Notes under the pieces: model-generated
The model's input: the letters and a program-made list of their open reading frames with translations, nothing else
Told to the model about the DNA's origin: nothing
Database searches by the model: none
Shown here: one piece after another, positions 9,819 to 18,300 of the stretch
How positions within the stretch are numbered: position 1 is the stretch's first letter
Layout: each line of letters starts with the position of its first letter
Source of the DNA: Opitutia bacterium
Lineage (GTDB): Bacteria > Verrucomicrobiota > Verrucomicrobiia > Opitutales > T3Sed10-336
Direction of reading: 5' to 3'
DNA length: 38,353 bases
Assembly: GCA_050506795.1 (NCBI GenBank)
Contig: JBJHCF010000047.1
Location: 1 to 38,353 of the forward strand
Program-made: the position numbers and the translations under genes

Positions 9819-10049
9819 ATGATCGAAGTGAATATTCACGAAGCCAAGACCCACCTTTCCAGCTTGATCACTCGGGCCGCGACCGGCGAGGAAGTGATCA
9901 TTTCGCGCTATGGCAAACCCACCGCGAAACTGGTGCCGTTCTCCGCGACGTCAAAGAAACGTCGCGGCGGACGCGACCGGGGGTCGTTTCAAGTTCCGGA
10001 CGATTTCGATAAGGAACTTCCCGAACTGAACCGGCTGTTCGAAGCATGA
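9819..10049 (+). CDS. Type II antitoxin, Phd/YefM family
   Basis: VNIHEAKTHLSSLI..A..GEEVIISRYGKPTAKLVP and VPDDFD motifs; ATGA overlap with a PIN toxin. Confidence 0.93.
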   Translation: MIEVNIHEAKTHLSSLITRAATGEEVIISRYGKPTAKLVPFSATSKKRRGGRDRGSFQVPDDFDKELPELNRLFEA

Positions 10050-10447
10050 GGTTCCTTCTCGACACGCATGTATGGCTCTGGTGGATCACCGAACCGGAAC
10101 GCCTTCCGGACGCTATGGCAGAGGCGATCGAGTCGCCGACCGGGCGGCCTCTCTTCTCGGTGGCCAGCTCCTGGGAAATCGCCGTCAAATACGCGATCGG
10201 CAAGCTCCCGCTTCCCGAATCCCCCGAAACCTTCGTCCCGGCACGGCTCAAGCGCGACGAGATCGAAACCCTCCCCATTGAACACCGCCACGCGCTGCAC
10301 GTCGCAGCGCTCCCCGCCCACCATGGCGATCCCTTCGACCGCCTCCTCATTGCGCAAGCCATGCTTGAAAACCTTCCCATCGCGACCGTTGACCCGAGAT
10401 TTCGAGCCTACGAGGTACGCCTGCTGCTTCCAGGCTCTTCGTGGTGA
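10046..10447 (+). CDS. vapC: PIN-domain VapC-family toxin
   Basis: LLDTHVWLW, SSWEIAVK and HHGDPFDRLLIAQA motifs. Confidence 0.93.
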   Translation: MRFLLDTHVWLWWITEPERLPDAMAEAIESPTGRPLFSVASSWEIAVKYAIGKLPLPESPETFVPARLKRDEIETLPIEHRHALHVAALPAHHGDPFDRLLIAQAMLENLPIATVDPRFRAYEVRLLLPGSSW

Positions 10448-10478
10448 AAAACAAAACGATATCGGCCTCCATTAGCGA

Positions 10479-10877
10479 TCACCAGATCACCCGAACACGG
10501 TACGGCGAGAAAAGGCTGTCCGAGGACACGACCGGACATCTGTTCATACGGGCGGTAGCCAGGATAAATCGATCGGCCGGATCCCGGTGGTGCCAGGGGA
10601 GAAGCTCGGCCGTATTCGCCACATCGGCGGTAACCGGCTGGCACACGACCCGGTGATGGTCGAGTGCACGGTCGAACCAACGTTTCAATGTCTTCTCCGT
10701 GCACGGGAGCCGAATCCGCTTAATCCTCAGCAATCGATGAATCTCCGTCAGCGATATGGCACAATCCACCGGTGCCTCCGCTCCTTCAATCGCCGCCCGC
10801 GCCGGGTCGGTCAGTCTGCCGGCATCAACCACCAACCACAAGAACGTGCATGTATCCAGGACCAAATCGGAATTCAC
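10479..10877 (-). CDS. vapC: PIN-domain VapC-family toxin
   Basis: LVLDTCTFLW, ISLTEI and HHRDPADRFILATA motifs; GTG start at 10877 gives a GTGA overlap with the antitoxin stop. Confidence 0.88.
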   Translation of the reverse strand: MNSDLVLDTCTFLWLVVDAGRLTDPARAAIEGAEAPVDCAISLTEIHRLLRIKRIRLPCTEKTLKRWFDRALDHHRVVCQPVTADVANTAELLPWHHRDPADRFILATARMNRCPVVSSDSLFSPYRVRVIW

Positions 10878-11125
10878 CGCGCCAGGTCTCCCCACTCGTC
10901 ATCCGGCAAAGGACGGGCCAAAAACTCTGGTCCCGGCACAACGGCGCCCCGTTTCAGGGCAGGATCGGGCTCCATCCTCGACCCGGACCGCGCCGTCCGC
11001 AACGACACCAAACGAAACTCCGGCTCCTCTCCTTTGCCCCGAGCAATCAAAACCTCCTTCCCCGATTCCGCCTCGCGCAACAACCTGGAAAACTGGGTCT
11101 TCGCCTTATGAACGGTATACAACAT
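10874..11125 (-). CDS. Type II antitoxin, Phd/YefM family
   Basis: TVHKAKTQFSRLL..AE.GKEVLIARG and PLPDDEW motifs. Confidence 0.88.
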   Translation of the reverse strand: MLYTVHKAKTQFSRLLREAESGKEVLIARGKGEEPEFRLVSLRTARSGSRMEPDPALKRGAVVPGPEFLARPLPDDEWGDLAR

Positions 11126-11328
11126 AACAATCTCTAACTTAGTCCACCTTAGTCTTTCGTGTCAACCCGAAACCCGTAAAGAGACGTCCCGAAATCTAAC
11201 CGTCCCCGAACGAGCGGCTAATCGTCCTAATAATCCGCCTCTTGTGGCGAATCCAATCCCGTTTTTCTCACACGGAGGCGATCCCGTTTCCCACCGGCCA
11301 AAACGCGAATCACACGCACCCCGCACCC

Positions 11329-11440
11329 CTGGAGGGCCATGCTCCGCCATGGCCGCGAAGGGCCTCCCAAACGGGAACGGCGACGATTCCGTTTCCGGAC
11401 GCCCGAGTTGGCCCATTCCCGCCGTTGCGCCGCCCTCCAG
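11329..11440 (+). repeat. Diverged copy of the GGAGGG-type REP doublet
   Basis: Starts CTGGAGGGCCATGCTCCGCCATGGCCGCG, contains ACGGGAACGGCGACGATT, ends GCGCCGCCCTCCAG. Confidence 0.85.
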
Positions 11441-11757
11441 CGGAGAACTGCCGCCCCCCTCAAGAGAGACAGCTTCTGGTCGGCAATATCCTTGCATATC
11501 CTCTGACAAACATCCCCGCGCAGTTTACTACCCGGTCGGACATTCCGATTGGGCTCACGCAAAGACCCGAAGACCCCAAGGTTTTCATCATCGAGCCCGT
11601 TTATCATCCGCTTGATTCCGTCATTCGTTAGTCAGGAACCGAAGTTCCGGATCGGGAAACAGGTAGTCAATGGGTGGGCAAGATGCCGGCGACCCCAGGG
11701 GGGACTGGGCCTTGCTCCTGGCGCTTGGTCGCCGTTTCCTGGTCCTCACCGACTTGC

Positions 11758-12144
11758 CTACATCGCGGCGCGGAACTCTTCAAGCGAACCGGCCAGGGCG
11801 GCGTGGCGGTGGAGGGATTTCAGGCGCGCTTCGTCCTCAAGGACCGCTATCATTTCACGGATTTCGCCGGGAACCTCCCCGAACCGGGCGTCGAGGATAT
11901 CCAGGATACCTTCGCGCAAGGTTTGAAGGCGGCCCTCCTTTTTGCCCACTTTCCGGCCTTCCTGCCGACCTTCCTTTCGGCCCTCTCTCCGGCCATAGCG
12001 TTCTGCGAATGTGACGTAAGGCATCTTTTTCTCCTCCTCATAAGCTACGAGCCGGCGGTGGAATTGCAACTCCATCAGAGGTTGAAGGTATTTCTCCAGT
12101 GCTTCCTTCCACGCACCATCGAAGTCGTTGTGGGGCAGTTCCAT
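11758..12144 (-). pseudogene. Rpn-like gene with in-frame loss of the nuclease core; C-terminal small ORF (12024-11758, 88 aa) intact
   Basis: N-terminal DFDGAWKEALE is joined within about 25 aa to the C-terminal EEEKKMPYVT..ER.G..EG repeats and RFG motif; no PD-(D/E)xK core is visible. Confidence 0.7.
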
Positions 12145-12326
12145 GGGGTCCGAAGAGTTATCCAAAACAACCTGCCGGATGTCAAGTCCGATCTTCGTAC
12201 TACAAACCGTCAAATTCTTGTTTTTTGAGCAAACTTTTTATACCGCAAATCCTGTAAGCTATTCAAAATAGGCCTCTTAGGCGGAAAAATCGCTCCGGCC
12301 GTTTTCCGACTCTTTCACAATCCAGT

Positions 12327-12418
12327 GCCCTTTCGTGTATTTCGTGCCCTTTCGTGGGCAAAACAAGCCGTCGTTCTCGCGGGAAATCAGCCCACGAAAC
12401 ACACCAAACACACGAAAA
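12327..12418. repeat. Inverted pair of TTCGTG/CACGAA triplet repeats
   Basis: TTTCGTGTATTTCGTGCCCTTTCGTGGG followed by CCCACGAAACACACCAAACACACGAAAA. Confidence 0.75.
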
Positions 12419-12436
12419 ACGAGCAGCTGACCACCT

Positions 12437-12762
12437 CTGGAGGGCCATGCTCCGCCATGGCCGCGAGCGGCCTCCCTAACGGGAACGGCGACGATTACGT
12501 TTCCGGGCACCCGGGTCGCCCATCCCCGCCTCCGCGGCGGCGCGGGAGCGCCGCCCTCCACACACGGTTGAGCACCGTGCGCCGAACGGAACCGGCAATC
12601 CCAAACCTCCGCCACACCCAACCCCGCGATTCGCACCCTGGAGGGCCATGCTCCGCCATGGCCGCGGGCGGCGTCCCACACGGGAACGGCGACGATTTCG
12701 GTTCCGGGCGCCCGGGTCGCCCATCCCCGCCTCCGCGGCGGCGCGGGAGCGCCGCCCTCCAG
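12437..12762 (+). repeat. Two tandem ~124-bp GGAGGG-type REP doublets (REPIN-like)
   Basis: 12437-12560 and 12638-12762 are near identical, each bounded by inverted TGGAGGGC/GCCCTCCA. Confidence 0.9.
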
Positions 12763-12844
12763 CGTCTCGGGCGCTTGGCGGCACGGGGCTTGTTTTCGTG
12801 CGAATCAATCGCTGGTTCCAAAACGGAAACGATTGGAAAATGTG

Positions 12845-12881
12845 AAAAACAAAAAGGCCGCATCCCCCCAGGATGCGGCCT
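12845..12881 (-). terminator. Rho-independent terminator of the pilin gene
   Basis: 11-bp stem AGGCCGCATCC/GGATGCGGCCT followed on the minus strand by TTTTGTTTTT, about 40 nt after the stop codon. Confidence 0.8.
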
Positions 12882-12918
12882 AAATGAATCGTATGCGTTT
12901 CGTTAAACGATCAGATCA

Positions 12919-13365
12919 TCACGGATTGGGATCTGTAGCGGCCGAGTCAATGAATTGACCTTCCGCATTGTACCAACGGAGGTCACCAGTCTCACCAACA
13001 AGCGCATGGTCCATGCTAAAGTTTGCATTGGTCGTTAAATTACCACCGGTGGGACTACCGATCACGTCGGTGTACCCGCGTCCAATGGTATTCAAGTAGC
13101 CCTCCAAGTCGACACCGTCAATTGAGAAGGTAACTGCGCCAGTATCAGCGACGTAAGCAACCGCAACGGTGCTGACGTTCTCTTCCAGGAAGATCTGCTG
13201 GGCAGCGGAAGCCAGCTGACGGGCGTCGTTGTCCATCCGGCTGGCAATGGAGTTTTCACGGACCCGCTGGAAGGCGGGGATGGCCATGGCGGCCAGGAGG
13301 CCGATGATGACCACTACGATCATGATTTCAACGAGCGTGAAACCTTTTTTAGATTTATAGTCCAT
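12919..13365 (-). CDS. Type IV pilin (probable major pilin)
   Basis: Short basic leader MDYKSKKG, cleavage G|FTLVE with Glu5, IMIVVVIIGLLAAMAIPAF; 148 aa; own terminator. Confidence 0.85.
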   Translation of the reverse strand: MDYKSKKGFTLVEIMIVVVIIGLLAAMAIPAFQRVRENSIASRMDNDARQLASAAQQIFLEENVSTVAVAYVADTGAVTFSIDGVDLEGYLNTIGRGYTDVIGSPTGGNLTTNANFSMDHALVGETGDLRWYNAEGQFIDSAATDPNP

Positions 13366-13547
13366 AATACCTAGTCCTATTACTTTGTGTTTTGCGTTTA
13401 TTATATCCACTTCGCCTCGTGGTGAAGTAAACCGAACGGTAGGACCTGGCCAAACACAAATCAAACTCTTTATTGTCAACGATTTGTAAAATGGTTTGTG
13501 ACAATTTTTTTACAAAAATGAAATCTTCTGCGAAGCTTTCATAAATG

Positions 13548-13582
13548 CCTGGTTCCTGGTTCTTGGTTCTTGGTTCTTGGTT
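13548..13582. repeat. Heptamer tandem repeat (TGGTTCY x5)
   Basis: CCTGGTTCCTGGTTCTTGGTTCTTGGTTCTTGGTT. Confidence 0.85.
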
Positions 13583-13732
13583 GAGGAAAATCGCCAAAGG
13601 ACGGAGACTTTGCCACACCTGCCTTTTCTATGTGCTCTTTGTGTTCCTTGTGGATTATCTAATCCCATTTTCTCACACGGAGTGACACGGACAATACCTA
13701 TGAAAAGGCGCCTGCGTGACGCCGAAATCAGA

Positions 13733-13942
13733 AACCACGAAGGACACGAAGTGCACGAAGGGTCGGAGCTTCCGGATGGGCGCTGGGGTGATTGCTACTC
13801 GGTTAAGGTTTACTTTCCTGGCACCCAGGAATAAAAACCTCGATAGCGATTTCGATAGCGATCCCGATACCGATTTATGGCCGCGTCACCTGCCTTTACC
13901 GCCAACCCCCTCACCTTCGTGTCCTTCGTGCTCTTCGTGGTG
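13733..13942. repeat. Inverted pair of 9-bp-period CACGAAG triplets enclosing a CGATNN hexamer run
   Basis: ACCACGAAGGACACGAAGTGCACGAAGG ... CCTTCGTGTCCTTCGTGCTCTTCGTGGT, with CGATAGCGATTTCGATAGCGATCCCGATACCGAT at about 13840-13875. Confidence 0.8.
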
Positions 13943-14096
13943 AGAGAATCCCAGTTCCAGGGTTCAACAGCTGAGCCCTTTGTCTACTAGAAAACACGGA
14001 ACGCTGGGGGACCATGTTCCGGATCAGGGAAATTGTGTCCGTTTCAGCGGTCAATCAACGTTTATCAGCGGCACCCCGCGAAGCCGCCCCAACCGC

Positions 14097-15077
14097 CTAC
14101 TTTTCGAACACCGATTCCAGGTCGGGCGCGTCCAGCAAGCGCTCGCTCCAATCTTCGAGTTCCGAGGTCGTCGCACCGTTCAACCGCGATTCCGCCCATT
14201 CCGGAAGCGTGCCGAAGCGACGGGAGAGCTGCCGCCGCAGAATGGCCACACCCTCTTCACGGCGCCCTTCTTCCAAACCTTCCTTTCGTCCCTCCCGAAT
14301 AAGTTGCTCTGCGAATGTCATCACGTCCTTCTTGATTTCTCCAATTTTTAGTCTCTCAAGCCTACCCCGGAAATCCTCAAAGTCAACCTCCCCGCCGCTA
14401 CCCATCACATACTCCAGGCAGGTCCGCACAAACCGCGAATCGCTTTCCTTCAACGCCCCATTCAACAATGGCGCAAGCTCCTCCATCCGGCCCACCCAGT
14501 CACGCTCGCGCACCACCCGCATCACAGCCAGAATCGCCCGAAGCAGAACGTCCCCGCGCAGCTTGTCTATCGGCAATTCCGCCAGGTCCACCAGATGAAA
14601 CTCGAAATCCGGGACAAACCCGTCGAATCCGCAACCGGCATCCCGGGGCAAATCGATCAATGACCGAAACCGCCGGGAAAAACGCCACCCTTTCACACTC
14701 TGGTGCAAGACCACCGGCAAAACCGGAGGGAGGACGGTACCGCTCGGAGCGGATTTCAACTCGGCCTCCCAGATCCGCATCATGTAGCGCAACAAACGTA
14801 ACGCCATCCAGCGATCCGGTTCGCTCTGATGTTCGAACAGACAATACAGAAACAACTCCCTGTTTTTCCACTGAACCGTAAAGAGCAAATCGGCATCACG
14901 CTCCCGCAGCGTCTCATCCACAAAACTCCCGTCCTTTCGCTCCAATCGATCCCAGTCCAGAAGCAATCCCAATTCAGGCGGCAGGTAAGTCCGGAAAAAC
15001 TCCGCCGCGGTCGTTGTGCGACCGAACGTCTCCTTGAAGAACTTATCGTGGGGATTGTGCAGCGGGGGTTCTGACAT
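14097..15077 (-). CDS. Rpn family recombination-promoting nuclease (YhgA/Transposase_31) with DUF4351-like C-terminus
   Basis: NPHDKFFK, SFVDETL, DLLF, LFEHQS, MALRLLRY, LPPVLPVVL and MTFAEQL..EG motifs; start at ATG 15077. Confidence 0.93.
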   Translation of the reverse strand: MSEPPLHNPHDKFFKETFGRTTTAAEFFRTYLPPELGLLLDWDRLERKDGSFVDETLRERDADLLFTVQWKNRELFLYCLFEHQSEPDRWMALRLLRYMMRIWEAELKSAPSGTVLPPVLPVVLHQSVKGWRFSRRFRSLIDLPRDAGCGFDGFVPDFEFHLVDLAELPIDKLRGDVLLRAILAVMRVVRERDWVGRMEELAPLLNGALKESDSRFVRTCLEYVMGSGGEVDFEDFRGRLERLKIGEIKKDVMTFAEQLIREGRKEGLEEGRREEGVAILRRQLSRRFGTLPEWAESRLNGATTSELEDWSERLLDAPDLESVFEK

Positions 15078-15194
15078 GCCTCGGGGTGAAGGTTTCACAA
15101 CATCGTCGGAAAGGTTCCCGGCGAAGCAAGTAAAAAACCGACCCGGATACTGGCCACAACGATTACAAAAGGGACCTCTCCCGATAATGATTTT

Positions 15195-15257
15195 CTCACA
15201 CGGAGTCACGGAGCCATGTCCCGTAAAAATCTCTGTGTCTCCGTGCCTCCGTGTGAG
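15195..15257. repeat. Palindromic CACGGAG-family element
   Basis: CTCACACGGAG(TCACGGAG) ... (CTCCGTGC)CTCCGTGTGAG with 11-bp perfect outer arms. Confidence 0.8.
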
Positions 15258-15333
15258 CCCAATTTCCGCTGTATTTTTTGCTTTATCAAACAATGAACCG
15301 CCTTAACCGAGTGCCATTCCGTCTTTGCCTCTA

Positions 15334-18300
15334 CTATTCGTTGATCTCCACCCTCAGCCTTAGGAAGCGAGGGCCCGCCCCGATCGGTTGCGTGTCGGTG
15401 AACGTCACCGTCCCAACCGTCACGAACGAGAACGTCTCTTCGACACTCCATCCCCCGTTGAGGTCGTCGGAGGACTCGATCACGAAGAGAAGCGACGGAT
15501 CGTCGATGTGACTGAAGGTCAGCGTCAGGTAGCCGCCGGCCTGACCTATACTCACCGCGCCGGCCCCGTCGCCGGCAACGGTCGGATTTGATCCCAGCGC
15601 GTACTCGATCAGGTTCAATAATCCGTCGCCATCGAAGTCGGCATCGTTGGCTGCGAGACCCGCGTTATCCGATGTTCCGAAATAGGTCATGCGCCAGTCC
15701 GCGATTCCCTCTCCCGGCGGAATCAGTTCACCTTCGGCGGTCAATAGCAATTGGAAGCCGTTGAAGGCGTTCATTCCCGTGAATCCCGGCGCCTCGCCGA
15801 TGGTCCAGCTTACCGTGCCGTTCGCCGCCACAACCACATCGAATGCCACGTGCGCGAAATTGTTATACCGCAGGTCGCGTCCCTCCACCGGATCGGTGAC
15901 TCCGGACTGCGCCTCGCCGCTCGGGCTGTTCGCCGCATCCAGCGTAACGGTTGCGACATCATTACGCTCGCCGCCCCAGTGGGTGCTCTGCGGTCCGTGC
16001 GAATAAACGACAAGCTTCCCTTCGAGCCCGGCAAACTGATTCAAACCGCTCACGGTGAAGCTCATTGTGGCATCGCCCGCGGTGACAATGGAGTCGCGCA
16101 GCAGCGGCCCCGACCAACTTGTAACCGGATCGTCGATACCACCACCCGTGGGCGCGTCCTGGGCGGAGGCGCCCGGCGCGTTGATAGACAGTGTCAACCC
16201 CGGCAGTTGAAAGCCCTCATGATCGACGAGATTGTCGTAAGCGCGAATGCCGCGCGCGAACTCGCTAAGACGGTTCCAGACCGTATCCCCCTCGCCGATT
16301 TCATGCGGGTTGGACGCGGCCTGCCCGGGATCGATTTCGACAACCGTCCCGTCTTGCCGCAGAATGGCGTGTCCGGACATGTGATCGTGACGACTGCCGT
16401 CAATGTGATTCAGGTCTCCGCTCACCAGGATCGAACGCCCGGAACCGGCAACCGAGAGCGAGGCGTTTGCTTCGTTCGTTGAACCGGCGCTGTCGGTGAC
16501 GACAACGGTATAGATCCCGCTGTCCGCACTGTCGACGTCACTGAGGTTCAAGGTGGCCGAGGTGGCGCCCGGGATGTTCACTCCGTTCCTTTGCCACTGA
16601 TAGGAAAGCGATCCTCCGTTGGGAGACGTTGCCGCAACGGAAAACGACGCATTGCCTCCGGCGGGCCTGAATTGGCTCATCGGACGGGACGTCAGCACCG
16701 GACGCGGAACCGAGCCCGCGCTTCTGTCAACGATCGAGATCCCGGCGATTCCGCCGAGGTTCCAACCCACCACATCCTGATGGTCAACCGTAAAGCTGGA
16801 ACCGCTCACGTTCGTAAACCGGAAAACAGTCACCGGAAGGCCTTGATTCGCTTCCGCTTGCGTGGTCGCCGAAGCCAACACGAAAGGAATCGAGGGTAAA
16901 GGCGGATTGCCGGAATAGTTTCGTCCATAGAACGTGGTTTCCGTGCCGCCGGCGGTCAGGGTGACGCTGCGGATGTATTCACCCGCGCCGCCCTCGATAC
17001 CCCGGGGATAGACATAGACATCGTAGGTTGTGTACGGAACATTGCTGATGGTTACCGAAGAACCGCCGCGGCTTTCAATATAGCCGTGAAACATCCGTTG
17101 GTGGGCGTCTTTTTCTGCCAGCGGCGGTCCGCTGTTCCAAGGACCCCACGTGTTGCCCGACGCCCATGTCGCGGTCGCGGTGGTGGACTCGCCGAGGTCG
17201 TCGACCAGGGGAAACGGAGTGGACTGACTTGGGACACTCGGGGAATTGTTCCAGTGGGTGACCGCGATGAATCCGGCTTCCTCCCACGGGTGAACTATTC
17301 CGAGTTCGCCGCTCCACGTTTGGAAATCATTTTGGGCCGCCCCAACGAAGTTCAAGCTGATCGCGCCGGCCGGGCGCGGGATCAGGATCAACTCCGTCTG
17401 CAGGGTCACCGTCGTCGGCGGCAATTGGTCGGCCTGCGCCGCATCATCCGAGACGACGACCGAATAGATCGCTTCGGAATCGAGATCCACCGTACCCAAA
17501 TCCAGCGAGGTGCCGGTCTCACCCGCCTGTTCCTCACCGTCTATGAACCATTGGTAGGTGAGATTCCCTTGTCCGGTTGCTTCGACCGTCAAAACAATAT
17601 GATCGCCGACAAACGCCAGCAGCAGTTCCGGCGGCGCCTGGACGATCTGGGGAAGCGGATAACCATCGATGGTGAGCGTCGCCACGCGGCTGATCTCCTC
17701 ATGATCGGGATCGGAGCGAGTCGCAATCACCCGGTACTGGTTTCCGTCCTGATCGAGCGTCGCGGATTCGATCGTGTATTCGGTGCCGACGACTCCTTCA
17801 AGATCGGTCCAATTGGCGCCGCCGTCGGTCGAAACCTGCCACTGGTAATCCGGGGCGCCCGTGCCGGCTCCAGCGGCAACAGCCGTGAAGGTGATCGTGT
17901 CGGTGACATGGGCGACCACGTCCTGCGGCTGCGTGGTGAACAGCAGGACCGACGGGTTGAAGTTCAGGAACTCATTTGTGGAGAGTGCCCTGTCGCTGAG
18001 CCTGACCTCGTCGATCAGCCCCTCCGTCCATTCACCCTGATTCGCCGTCCACTGGCCCATGCCGATCGTCCAACGAGGTTTGACCCCCGTTGGATGCCAC
18101 ATGCCGGTGAAATTATTCAGTTGTCCGACTTGCTGGCCGTTCGCGTACGCGATAAGGGTTTGCGCCTCCAAATCGGCGACCACGGCAAGGTGAACCCATT
18201 CGTTCACCGGGGGCTGATAGCCGGTGGTGAGTTCCCGCTCCAACGTCGCGTCACCCTCTCCTCTCGTTGTCGCCCGGAAGCCAAAGAAACCACCTCCATT

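Noticed and set aside
12263..12906. Several overlapping 60-190 aa ORFs
   Set aside because: They are translations of the repeats (PWRSMALQ and GGPCSAMA recur wherever the REP occurs).
15078..15293. N-terminal extension of Rpn
   Set aside because: It translates the CACGGAG palindrome (RRHGDTE); the family motif starts at NPHD shortly after ATG 15077.
9580..15300. Classical integron cassette array
   Set aside because: No intI gene, genes lie in mixed orientation, and I could not find paired RYYYAAC/GTTRRRY boxes in the spacers. IntegronFinder would be decisive.
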